NCBI GenBank assembly: GCA_027051165.1
Contig: JALTZZ010000034.1
Location: 1 to 21,213 of the forward strand
From: an archaeon
GTDB lineage: Archaea; Hydrothermarchaeota; Hydrothermarchaeia; JALTZZ01
DNA: 21,213 nt
Direction: 5' to 3'
This document shows, one piece after another, positions 15,144 through 21,170 of the stretch. The position numbers and the translations under genes were made by a program. A model generated the notes under the pieces. The model worked only from the letters and a program-made list of their open reading frames with translations. It was not told the DNA's origin and did not search any database. Each line of letters begins with the position of its first letter. Within the stretch, counting starts at the first letter, position 1.

Positions 15144-15829
15144 GGCTGTATCCGCTTGATCAAACAAGTGGAACAGCAGGAAATCTACGTGAAATATCAA
15201 AAGAATTGAAAATAAAAATATTAACATTTTATGTTAGAGAAAGAATTACATCCCTAATAGTTTTAGCGGATGGTCGGCACGACGATATTGCAGTAGCCTT
15301 AATTGCACATCATCAAAACGGTAGATATACTGTCGGTATAGTTAAGCCAAAAGGTAAAACAAGATATGCGTGTATAGAAATTCTACCTTCGTATGTCAAA
15401 ATAGGTAATATTAGGAAAATAGCGTTCTTTATAGATCAAGAAGATGAGAGTTTGGAAAGTGTCTATCGAACAGCCGAGAACAAGCTAAGAAAGACTGTAA
15501 ATGACTTTGAGGTCTTAGATGAGCGGGAAAGAGTAAAAATATACAGATGCAACTACGGTGGAAAGGAATTCGATTTTATATTTGTTGTCAACGGTCTTAA
15601 CGATATTCCAGCAAGAAAACACTGTATAGAAGATCATTTTATCCATGTTGCTATGAATATAAACCCTTCCATAAACATTAGCAGTGAAATAGACCCTAAA
15701 GTATTTTGGAAACGGCTTAATGAAGATATTAAGAAAGATGTTCTGAAGCAGCTGAAGGGAAACAGAAGGCTTTTGAGGGATAATTTTCCCCAGCAGGTAT
15801 ACGGATGCGAACTGCTTGAAAAAGATTAA
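15140..15829 (+). CDS. 229-aa partner of the ABC-like ATPase; acidic LIVLADGRHDD motif (possible divergent Toprim/nuclease-like, unverified)
   Basis: ATGA overlap with the ATPase stop; conserved-looking acidic patches SLIVLADGRHDDIAV and EFDFIFVVNGLND; ends 12 nt before palindrome 15841. Confidence 0.6.
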   Translation: MRLYPLDQTSGTAGNLREISKELKIKILTFYVRERITSLIVLADGRHDDIAVALIAHHQNGRYTVGIVKPKGKTRYACIEILPSYVKIGNIRKIAFFIDQEDESLESVYRTAENKLRKTVNDFEVLDERERVKIYRCNYGGKEFDFIFVVNGLNDIPARKHCIEDHFIHVAMNINPSINISSEIDPKVFWKRLNEDIKKDVLKQLKGNRRLLRDNFPQQVYGCELLEKD

Positions 15830-15840
15830 TCTAAAATGCA

Positions 15841-15856
15841 CCTCACAGCTGTGAGG
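15841..15856. promoter_or_regulatory. palindrome module copy l (16-nt perfect), bidirectional terminator position
   Basis: Lies between convergent gene ends 15829 (+) and 15888 (-). Confidence 0.55.
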
Positions 15857-15887
15857 ATTAACCCGATGAAAGGAGGATTGAAAGAAA

Positions 15888-16205
15888 CTATTTGAATCCG
15901 CTTTTTAAAATAGCCTTAGCCAAATTTTCATCCCTCTGCTCAGAGAACTGATTTAGCCTTTCCCTCATTCTCGTAATAACGTTCTTAAGCTCTTCAATTT
16001 CCTTCTCTTTTCTTCTTATTTCTAAAAAAAGAGTTGTATTTTCATCTTTAAGCTCTTTTATCTGTTTCTTCAGCTTTGCGGTCTTCTTTTCCGTAAGCAA
16101 ACCTGAAAACACGAGCTCGCTGATAAAAGCTAAAATAAGAAAGATTATCATTGTGTTTAAATCTTCCTGCATTCCCGCAATAAAGGCGAAGACAACGCCT
16201 ATCAT
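15888..16205 (-). CDS. small membrane protein with N-terminal TM region and coiled-coil tail
   Basis: 105 aa; MIGVVFAFIAG...IIFLILAFISELVFSGLL then a K/E heptad-like region; ATGA-coupled to 16202..16546. Confidence 0.55.
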   Translation of the reverse strand: MIGVVFAFIAGMQEDLNTMIIFLILAFISELVFSGLLTEKKTAKLKKQIKELKDENTTLFLEIRRKEKEIEELKNVITRMRERLNQFSEQRDENLAKAILKSGFK

Positions 16206-16546
16206 GATGGTGTGTAGCCGAAGAACTTCTCGGCGAGGACTTTTATCAAATACGGACCTGCGAGCACGCCTATCGCGGTAATAGCTCCGGCTGCAATGAT
16301 CCCGGTTGCCATCGTGTCCATCCTCGCTCCTACCTCACCGGGCACCTTCTTGGCAAGCGATTTTACTATGAAACCTATTGCGGTGGCGAGCATTCCCAAA
16401 AAGAACCCTATTTTCTGAACTCCCTCAAGCCACTGTGCAAGTGCTGTAGCTATCTGGCTTAAGCTTGGTCCTGATATGGACTGTGCATGCACGGTATCAA
16501 GAAGTGCTAATACAGCCAAACCTATGAGCAGCATTCTCGGGTTCAT
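16202..16546 (-). CDS. secreted small hydrophobic protein, TrbC/VirB2-pilin-like architecture
   Basis: 114 aa; signal peptide MNPRMLLIGLAVLALLDTVHA|Q then two hydrophobic segments (IGFFLGMLATAIGFIV; GIIAAGAITAIGVLAGPYLI); promoter is palindrome 16573 plus TTTAAAAGC box then ATG. Confidence 0.55.
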   Translation of the reverse strand: MNPRMLLIGLAVLALLDTVHAQSISGPSLSQIATALAQWLEGVQKIGFFLGMLATAIGFIVKSLAKKVPGEVGARMDTMATGIIAAGAITAIGVLAGPYLIKVLAEKFFGYTPS

Positions 16547-16572
16547 GGCTTGTTGTCAGCTTTTAAACTGAT

Positions 16573-16592
16573 TTCCTCACAGCTGTGAGGAA
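16573..16592. promoter_or_regulatory. palindrome module copy m (20-nt perfect)
   Basis: Abuts the stop of 16593..17150 (-); minus side CAGTTTAAAAGCTGACAACAAGCC then ATG 16546. Confidence 0.65.
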
Positions 16593-17150
16593 TCAGCGGG
16601 GTCTGTAGTATTCTCTGTCTTTTCTTATCAATCGATTCTCAAACAACTCTGCAGTAGCTCTATACACTTCCTGCCTGCTCATGTCTAAATAGTTCATTAT
16701 CTGCGAAAAAGTCGCTCCGTTATTCTGTTTAATAAATTCATAAACCCTTCTTGCAGATTCGCTGAGATTTTTAGTTTTTTCTTCATCGGATTTCTGATAT
16801 TCTTTTCTTTCTTCTCTTCTTCTGATTTCGCTCTCATACTCTCGAAAGGATTGATTTTTTAACTCTTCGAGAATCTGCAGAATCAGATCTACTTTCCTTT
16901 CTATTTTATCGAGCTTTTCCAAGATTTCCGTGCTCTGACCTGCCGTGCTTATAGAGATTTTCTGCAGCATCTGCTTTGCAACATAGCTTCTCGCTCTCAT
17001 TATTTTTTCCTGTAGATCTGGGGCATTCTGATAGTCGTCCCTGTATTCCGCAAGCTCCTGCAGAAATTTTATTTTTTCCTCCTCACTCTTACCTTCCAAA
17101 GCCTTTTCTATAAACTTCTTAGCATCCTCTATAAACAGCTCGTCCATCAT
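16593..17150 (-). CDS. winged-helix transcriptional regulator with N-terminal coiled coil
   Basis: 185 aa; C-terminal ARRVYEFIKQNNGATFSQIMNYLDMSRQEVYRATAELFENRLIRK wHTH; bracketed by palindromes 16573 (3' end) and 17179 (promoter). Confidence 0.7.
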   Translation of the reverse strand: MMDELFIEDAKKFIEKALEGKSEEEKIKFLQELAEYRDDYQNAPDLQEKIMRARSYVAKQMLQKISISTAGQSTEILEKLDKIERKVDLILQILEELKNQSFREYESEIRRREERKEYQKSDEEKTKNLSESARRVYEFIKQNNGATFSQIMNYLDMSRQEVYRATAELFENRLIRKDREYYRPR

Positions 17151-17178
17151 GCCTTGTTAGGAGCTTTTAAATTAATTT

Positions 17179-17194
17179 CCTCACAGCTGTGAGG
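17179..17194. promoter_or_regulatory. palindrome module copy n, bidirectional promoter
   Basis: Plus side TTCAGCATTTTTAAGCTCTCTTATTTTTCGGTGTGAGGG then ATG 17234; minus side AATTAATTTAAAAGCTCCTAACAAGGC then ATG 17150. Confidence 0.65.
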
Positions 17195-17233
17195 TTCAGC
17201 ATTTTTAAGCTCTCTTATTTTTCGGTGTGAGGG

Positions 17234-17860
17234 ATGGCGGGGAGATTTGTAGATGCTTTTTTTAGGAAGTTCTATTTTGACAAGTGGGATGAGAAATGGC
17301 AAGAAAAAAGAGATTACTATATAATAAGCCATCAGCACGGAGATCACATAAGAAAACCAGAATACATACCAGAAGGAACTGAAATAATCGTTTCAGAGCA
17401 CAGATTTAAGAGATATACAGTATTCAGCAATTTCAAGCCAACGGTTATAAAAGAAAAAGAATTTGTAAGTTTTGGGGATTTTAAAGTTAGAATCATAAAT
17501 ACAACTTTACACAGCGATGTAATAGAAGTTATATGGAAAAATATAAGAGCATTGCTTTTTGGAGATATAAGCGCACACCAAACGGACAGTATCATTGATA
17601 TTCTGAAGAATGCTCAGCCCGACGTGGTGATGCTGCCGGTATATTCAAAGGGAAGCAAGCATATAGAAGAGGAAATATACTACAAAGACCTCAACAGAGC
17701 GGTAGGTGAAATTGTAAAAAGGCTTCATTGGAAAAGATTTTTCCCCAAAAGACCTTACATTGTTGCCCTGCAGCACAGCGACAATGCCAAAAAACCAAAG
17801 TGGGCAGATGCTTTCGTAAAAAAGTTCCCGACAGGATACTTTCGATTTAACAATTTTTAA
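17234..17860 (+). CDS. metallo-beta-lactamase-fold hydrolase
   Basis: 208 aa; HQHGDH (HxHxDH) motif; start embedded in the conserved GGGATGGCGGGG module tail downstream of palindrome 17179. Confidence 0.8.
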   Translation: MAGRFVDAFFRKFYFDKWDEKWQEKRDYYIISHQHGDHIRKPEYIPEGTEIIVSEHRFKRYTVFSNFKPTVIKEKEFVSFGDFKVRIINTTLHSDVIEVIWKNIRALLFGDISAHQTDSIIDILKNAQPDVVMLPVYSKGSKHIEEEIYYKDLNRAVGEIVKRLHWKRFFPKRPYIVALQHSDNAKKPKWADAFVKKFPTGYFRFNNF

Positions 17861-17907
17861 GTGTTTATGTTTTTTATTTTTTGCGAAGAAAAAAGAAAAA
17901 TTCTTAT

Positions 17908-18543
17908 TTAATTTTTTACCCTCCATAAACCAGCTTTTAAAGAAACATAATATCTTGCTCCCAGAGCATTAATACAAACATCGTCAAATATCTGTCTAAA
18001 ATACGGCTTCGCTAAGTCATAGTATCTGAAATATTTTTCCGCAGTTTTTAAAATTTTATCGTAAAATTTTTTCTTGCGCTCGGTGTTATTGTCCTTAGTT
18101 ACATAGGAGGCAAATACCAAACCGTAAATATTCTTTGATTTTGCGGATAAATCAACACGATAACCTCCGTGCTGATCGGGTGGTTTATACTTTAATTGCT
18201 TGTATAAATTCTTTAAGGTCGGAGAAATTTCGTCGTCGGCGCCGTGATCCAAAAATTTATGATTGTTCGTGATGTATTTCACTTCAATCATACCATAAAT
18301 AATCGGATCATCGAGCTGTCCCTTTAATAAACAAATATCTATTCTGTTTTCGTCTTTCTTTCCCAAATTCGGCAGTGCGAATACATTGCCTCCGCTGGTA
18401 CAGTAAACATGATACGTGAATTCTCTCACTAAATAATCCTCTATTTTGCCTGCAAGTTGGAGCATTGCGATTCTTTCTTTTTTATTCTTCAGATAATCTA
18501 AAAAAGAGTAATATAGTTCTATAACGCTGTTCATATTATTCAT
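17908..18543 (-). CDS. PD-(D/E)xK nuclease-like protein
   Basis: 211 aa; RIDICLL (D) ... MIEVKY (ExK) motif pair; ATGA-coupled to 18540..19046. Confidence 0.6.
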   Translation of the reverse strand: MNNMNSVIELYYSFLDYLKNKKERIAMLQLAGKIEDYLVREFTYHVYCTSGGNVFALPNLGKKDENRIDICLLKGQLDDPIIYGMIEVKYITNNHKFLDHGADDEISPTLKNLYKQLKYKPPDQHGGYRVDLSAKSKNIYGLVFASYVTKDNNTERKKKFYDKILKTAEKYFRYYDLAKPYFRQIFDDVCINALGARYYVSLKAGLWRVKN

Positions 18544-19046
18544 CCTCTCAGCAGATCAATTATTGAGTTCCATTTATCCTTATAGTTTTCTATATCCTTT
18601 AGCTTTATGACATGCACGTCCGGCTTTCTTTTCGTTTCTTTTTCCATTTTTAGCATTTCTTCAAATGTTGTGTTATGTTTTTCCTGATATTTCCGTATAT
18701 AACTCTCTATTCTCTCTATCATCAAATTTTTCATTTCTTCTTTTGTTAAAATGTAGTAATTTGGTTTTTCTAAGTTAGAGATGTCTACAAAAATGTATGG
18801 AGAAATTATTTTTTCTTTAATTTTTTCTTTGTAATTACTCCAATGTGAGGTGAGAATGGGAAACTCCCCTTTATCCGAGCATTTTACCTGAATGCCTATG
18901 GAAATGTTTGTATCTGGATTCAACGCAATTACATCGTAACCCTTGGTATTTCTCGATGTGGGCATGGCGATTAAATTTCTTTTTGAAAGTTCCGCACATA
19001 CTAAAAACACGCCAAGATTTCCCTTAAACTCCCTTTTAATTTTCAT
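18540..19046 (-). CDS. PD-(D/E)xK nuclease-like protein with an Hjc-resolvase-like N-terminal motif pattern
   Basis: 168 aa; VCAELSKRNLIAMPTSRNTKGYDVIAL...IGIQVKC resembles the Hjc ERE..VRIPTS..PDIFA..ECK order; GGTAGGAGGT Shine-Dalgarno 7 nt before ATG. Confidence 0.6.
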   Translation of the reverse strand: MKIKREFKGNLGVFLVCAELSKRNLIAMPTSRNTKGYDVIALNPDTNISIGIQVKCSDKGEFPILTSHWSNYKEKIKEKIISPYIFVDISNLEKPNYYILTKEEMKNLMIERIESYIRKYQEKHNTTFEEMLKMEKETKRKPDVHVIKLKDIENYKDKWNSIIDLLRG

Positions 19047-19106
19047 AAAATTTACCTCCTACCAAAGTTGCAAAAAACGTTGACGTTATAAAAAATTAAA
19101 AAATAA

Positions 19107-19448
19107 TTACAGCACAATTAATGGCTTCTTTTTCAGATTCTCTACAGTTATGTAGTTTTTGTCAAAGGTTACGTTTATATCGTCTCTTATAATAACTCTG
19201 AAATGCTCACCTCTCTTGAACTCTTCCTCGAAGTTCTCTGGATCAACAAGCTCTAAATCATCTGTTATCCTCTTAACTACGCCTTTCTCCATCAAAGGCT
19301 TCAATTCCTCAACGGAAAACTCTCCGCTCTCTGGAATAATGTGAATGACATCTGTATCTTCGTCTAAGTATTTCTCCCAATCCATAACGGATTTAACATC
19401 GGTTTCCAAACCGCCGTAATAAACCGTATGCTTAATCAGCTTATACAT
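19107..19448 (-). CDS. hypothetical 113-aa acidic protein (start re-called to ATG at 19448; track start 19457 is GTG)
   Basis: AGGAGGTGGT Shine-Dalgarno 4-5 nt upstream of ATG 19448. Confidence 0.55.
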   Translation of the reverse strand: MYKLIKHTVYYGGLETDVKSVMDWEKYLDEDTDVIHIIPESGEFSVEELKPLMEKGVVKRITDDLELVDPENFEEEFKRGEHFRVIIRDDINVTFDKNYITVENLKKKPLIVL

Positions 19449-19503
19449 GCTTACCACCTCCTTTAATTTTTTTCATAAATATTATCATAAAAATCAAAAA
19501 AGG

Positions 19504-19767
19504 CTAAAAGTTTCTTATTTTTACGGTATTTCCGTTGAAAATTGCTTTTATCTTCTTAAGCTCCTTCCTTTTTAAAATCTCCACCGCTCTTTCATCCCTG
19601 CAGATGCCGAGTATTGGTATTCTTGTATCCCTCATGAACTTAAGAAGTTCGAAAAGCTCTCTGACGTTCTCGCACTCAACCTCAACATACGGCTTTTCTT
19701 TCTTAACCTCCCTCCAGACCTCCCTTATCCTTAAAACATCTCCAATTCTGTAGCCGAAGACCCTCAA
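19504..19767 (-). CDS. hypothetical 87-aa protein (TTG start), first gene of a four-gene minus-strand operon
   Basis: GGAGGAGGGT Shine-Dalgarno-like run 5 nt before TTG 19767; no in-frame ATG until codon 45; preceded by a long GC-rich structured leader. Confidence 0.45.
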   Translation of the reverse strand: MRVFGYRIGDVLRIREVWREVKKEKPYVEVECENVRELFELLKFMRDTRIPILGICRDERAVEILKRKELKKIKAIFNGNTVKIRNF

Positions 19768-19780
19768 CGGCTACCCTCCT

Positions 19781-19856
19781 CCCCCAGCCCGCCGTTCAAC
19801 GAAGCCAATCCGAGGGAATCCTGTTGGGACTCCCCCGCCCTACTACGGGCTGGGGG
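19781..19856. other. GC-rich inverted repeat (11-bp perfect stem CCCCCAGCCCG / CGGGCTGGGGG enclosing 54 nt) in the leader of the 19767 operon
   Basis: Strongly GC-rich in an AT-rich intergenic context; adjacent to a GGAGGAGGGT Shine-Dalgarno; no tRNA cloverleaf could be built. Confidence 0.5.
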
Positions 19857-19958
19857 GAAAATTAGTCATCGCGGATGGCGGGGGAGTTTTGAACGCATGA
19901 CCGTAAACAGCTACTTTGATATAATCTGCAGCGAATACCGTTTAAAAATTTTTCGAAC

Positions 19959-19974
19959 CCTCACAGCTGTGAGG
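19959..19974. promoter_or_regulatory. palindrome module copy o
   Basis: Minus side GGTTCGAAAAATTTTTAAACGG box, then about 155-nt GC-rich leader, then TTG 19767. Confidence 0.55.
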
Positions 19975-20042
19975 AACTCAACTTCCCTAAGGTATCTACA
20001 ATGTTTTAATCATGAAAAAACTATTCATAAACTTTACTGCAT

Positions 20043-20058
20043 CTTCACAGCTGTGAGG
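20043..20058. promoter_or_regulatory. palindrome module copy p (CTTCACAGCTGTGAGG)
   Basis: Plus side GAATTCGGTTTTTAAATTCTAAGGTTTCTGGTGGTGTGT then ATG 20097 (paralogous to copy g arm). Confidence 0.6.
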
Positions 20059-20096
20059 AATTCGGTTTTTAAATTCTAAGGTTTCTGGTGGTGTGT

Positions 20097-20414
20097 ATGT
20101 ATGTTGATAAGGAGAAGCAGCTTCAGGGATTGATTAAAAGCTATATGGTGTATGCTCAGGGCTTGGGGATTTCGGAGAAGGAGATTTTAAATATGATATA
20201 CTTCGCCGCCCGTGAGAGGGGAGATAGATTCAAGTGCCTGAACTGCATATACAGCAGGGCTCACAAAAGCATAAACGAGAAGAAGGTTGAAAAAGAGGGA
20301 AGGATAAGCATATACGCAAGGCAGTGCGTATTCGGGATTTTCTACAGGGACGACTGCCCGGTTCAGGTGCCTATAATCGAGAGGAAGGATGAGAGGTCTT
20401 CTTCACAAGCTTAA
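20097..20414 (+). CDS. cassette gene A (copy 2)
   Basis: Paralog of 8231..8563 (about 85 % aa identity over the first 95 aa; C-terminal tails differ); ATG 20097 follows GGTGGTGTGT; track start 20088 is GTG. Confidence 0.6.
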   Translation: MYVDKEKQLQGLIKSYMVYAQGLGISEKEILNMIYFAARERGDRFKCLNCIYSRAHKSINEKKVEKEGRISIYARQCVFGIFYRDDCPVQVPIIERKDERSSSQA

Positions 20415-20751
20415 CAGAAAAGCGAGCGAAACAATAAGGTTCAAAGCGCTGGCATTTTGGCTCGGAAATGCGGTTAGCATCGTTGAAAAGGGGAAAACAA
20501 TTAAGGCAACGGTTTTTCTCGAAGGATATCAGAAAGCTCCGAACATTGTGGTTATAAACGAAGAGAGAATTTCATGCACGAAGAAGGGGAGAAAGTGCGA
20601 CTCTTTAAGAAGAAACGGCGTGTGCTCCCACGTTCTTGCAGTTCTGTATGCTCTGTGCAGAACAACCGGATACAGAGGTGAGGAGTATTGGAAGCTGAAG
20701 AAAAAGGCGCAGAGCTTCCTCAAAAGCTGGAGTGCAAAAAGAGTGAGATGA
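20389..20751 (+). CDS. cassette gene B (copy 2): SWIM-type zinc-finger protein
   Basis: Paralog of 8523..8885; same CTKKGRKCDSLRRNGVCSHVLAVLYA motif; a compensating indel pair at the A/B junction keeps the B start. Confidence 0.7.
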   Translation: MRGLLHKLNRKASETIRFKALAFWLGNAVSIVEKGKTIKATVFLEGYQKAPNIVVINEERISCTKKGRKCDSLRRNGVCSHVLAVLYALCRTTGYRGEEYWKLKKKAQSFLKSWSAKRVR

Positions 20752-20990
20752 AAAGAGATGTAATAATTATAGGTGCAACTGTAATGTTTATGTTTTACAC
20801 CGTCCTGCTGGCAACCTTCATGCTCGCATACGAGAGCGAGGCAAAGCAGGTTGTTGTGGATATCAATGCCTACGGAGAAGCCAAAATAGAATACATAATG
20901 CTGATGTTCACCACTCCGCTGCTCGTGCTCGCTTATTATTACATTATTGAAGAGTTAAGCTGCAGAAGATGCAAGCTTAAAAAATCCTGA
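20748..20990 (+). CDS. cassette gene C (copy 2): 80-aa two-TM membrane protein (ATG overlapping B stop, ATGA)
   Basis: Track start 20688 is TTG; ATG 20748 overlaps the B2 stop exactly where copy 1 has GTG; C-terminal CRRC conserved. Confidence 0.55.
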   Translation: MKRDVIIIGATVMFMFYTVLLATFMLAYESEAKQVVVDINAYGEAKIEYIMLMFTTPLLVLAYYYIIEELSCRRCKLKKS

Positions 20991-21126
20991 ACTCCCCCTT
21001 TCTCAGCTTTTCTTCGATCTTTCTCAGCTTTTTGTAATCGAGTCCGTATTTTTCAGCCGTCTTCTTCCATCTGCTGTTCCCAAGCAGAATCTCCATCAGG
21101 TCGTGAAGGTTCATCACGATCTTCAT
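20977..21126 (-). CDS. cassette gene D (copy 2): convergent 49-aa protein
   Basis: MKIVMNLHDLMEILLGNSRWKKTAEKYGLDYKKLRKIEEKLRKGEFRIF; 41/49 identical to copy 1; minus-strand palindrome 21154 plus AATTTAAAAGC box upstream. Confidence 0.45.
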   Translation of the reverse strand: MKIVMNLHDLMEILLGNSRWKKTAEKYGLDYKKLRKIEEKLRKGEFRIF

Positions 21127-21153
21127 GCATGCATAACAGCTTTTAAATTCTAT

Positions 21154-21170
21154 CCTTCACAGCTGTGAGG
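21154..21170. promoter_or_regulatory. palindrome module copy q, bidirectional
   Basis: Minus side ATAGAATTTAAAAGCTGTTATGCATGC then ATG 21126; plus side GTTTGTATTTTTAAGCTCTCTACTTATTGGTGGTGCGGATGG runs off the window end. Confidence 0.6.

Noticed and set aside
14592-15841. Minus ORFs 14592..14888, 14837..15163, 15515..15841 over the ATPase pair
   Set aside because: Antisense to genes with clear Walker motifs and coupling. No promoter on that side (palindrome l is at their 3' end).
17344-17926. Minus ORFs 17344..17595 and 17645..17926 overlapping the MBL-hydrolase gene and its T-rich 3' region
   Set aside because: Antisense to a gene with an HxHxDH motif. Hydrophobic low-complexity translations. 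The 17861-17907 region is better explained as a T-rich bidirectional terminator between convergent genes.
19775-19860. tRNA in the GC-rich inverted repeat
   Set aside because: Tried both strands for a 7-bp acceptor, D, anticodon and T arms. The 11-bp outer stem and internal sequence do not give a cloverleaf, there is no GTTCRA-type T-loop, and no CCA or discriminator context.
19897-20079. 60-aa plus ORF spanning palindromes o and p (contains LTAVRNS twice)
   Set aside because: The repeated peptide is simply the palindrome translated twice. The region is intergenic spacer between two modules with no start context.
4117-21170. Possibility that the 17 palindromes are a CRISPR array or IS/MITE terminal inverted repeats
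   Set aside because: Spacing is irregular (70 nt to 3.7 kb) with genes in between, and units are self-complementary rather than direct repeats with unique spacers. No transposase or integrase is present, and the copies sit at fixed distances from start codons instead of flanking a discrete element.
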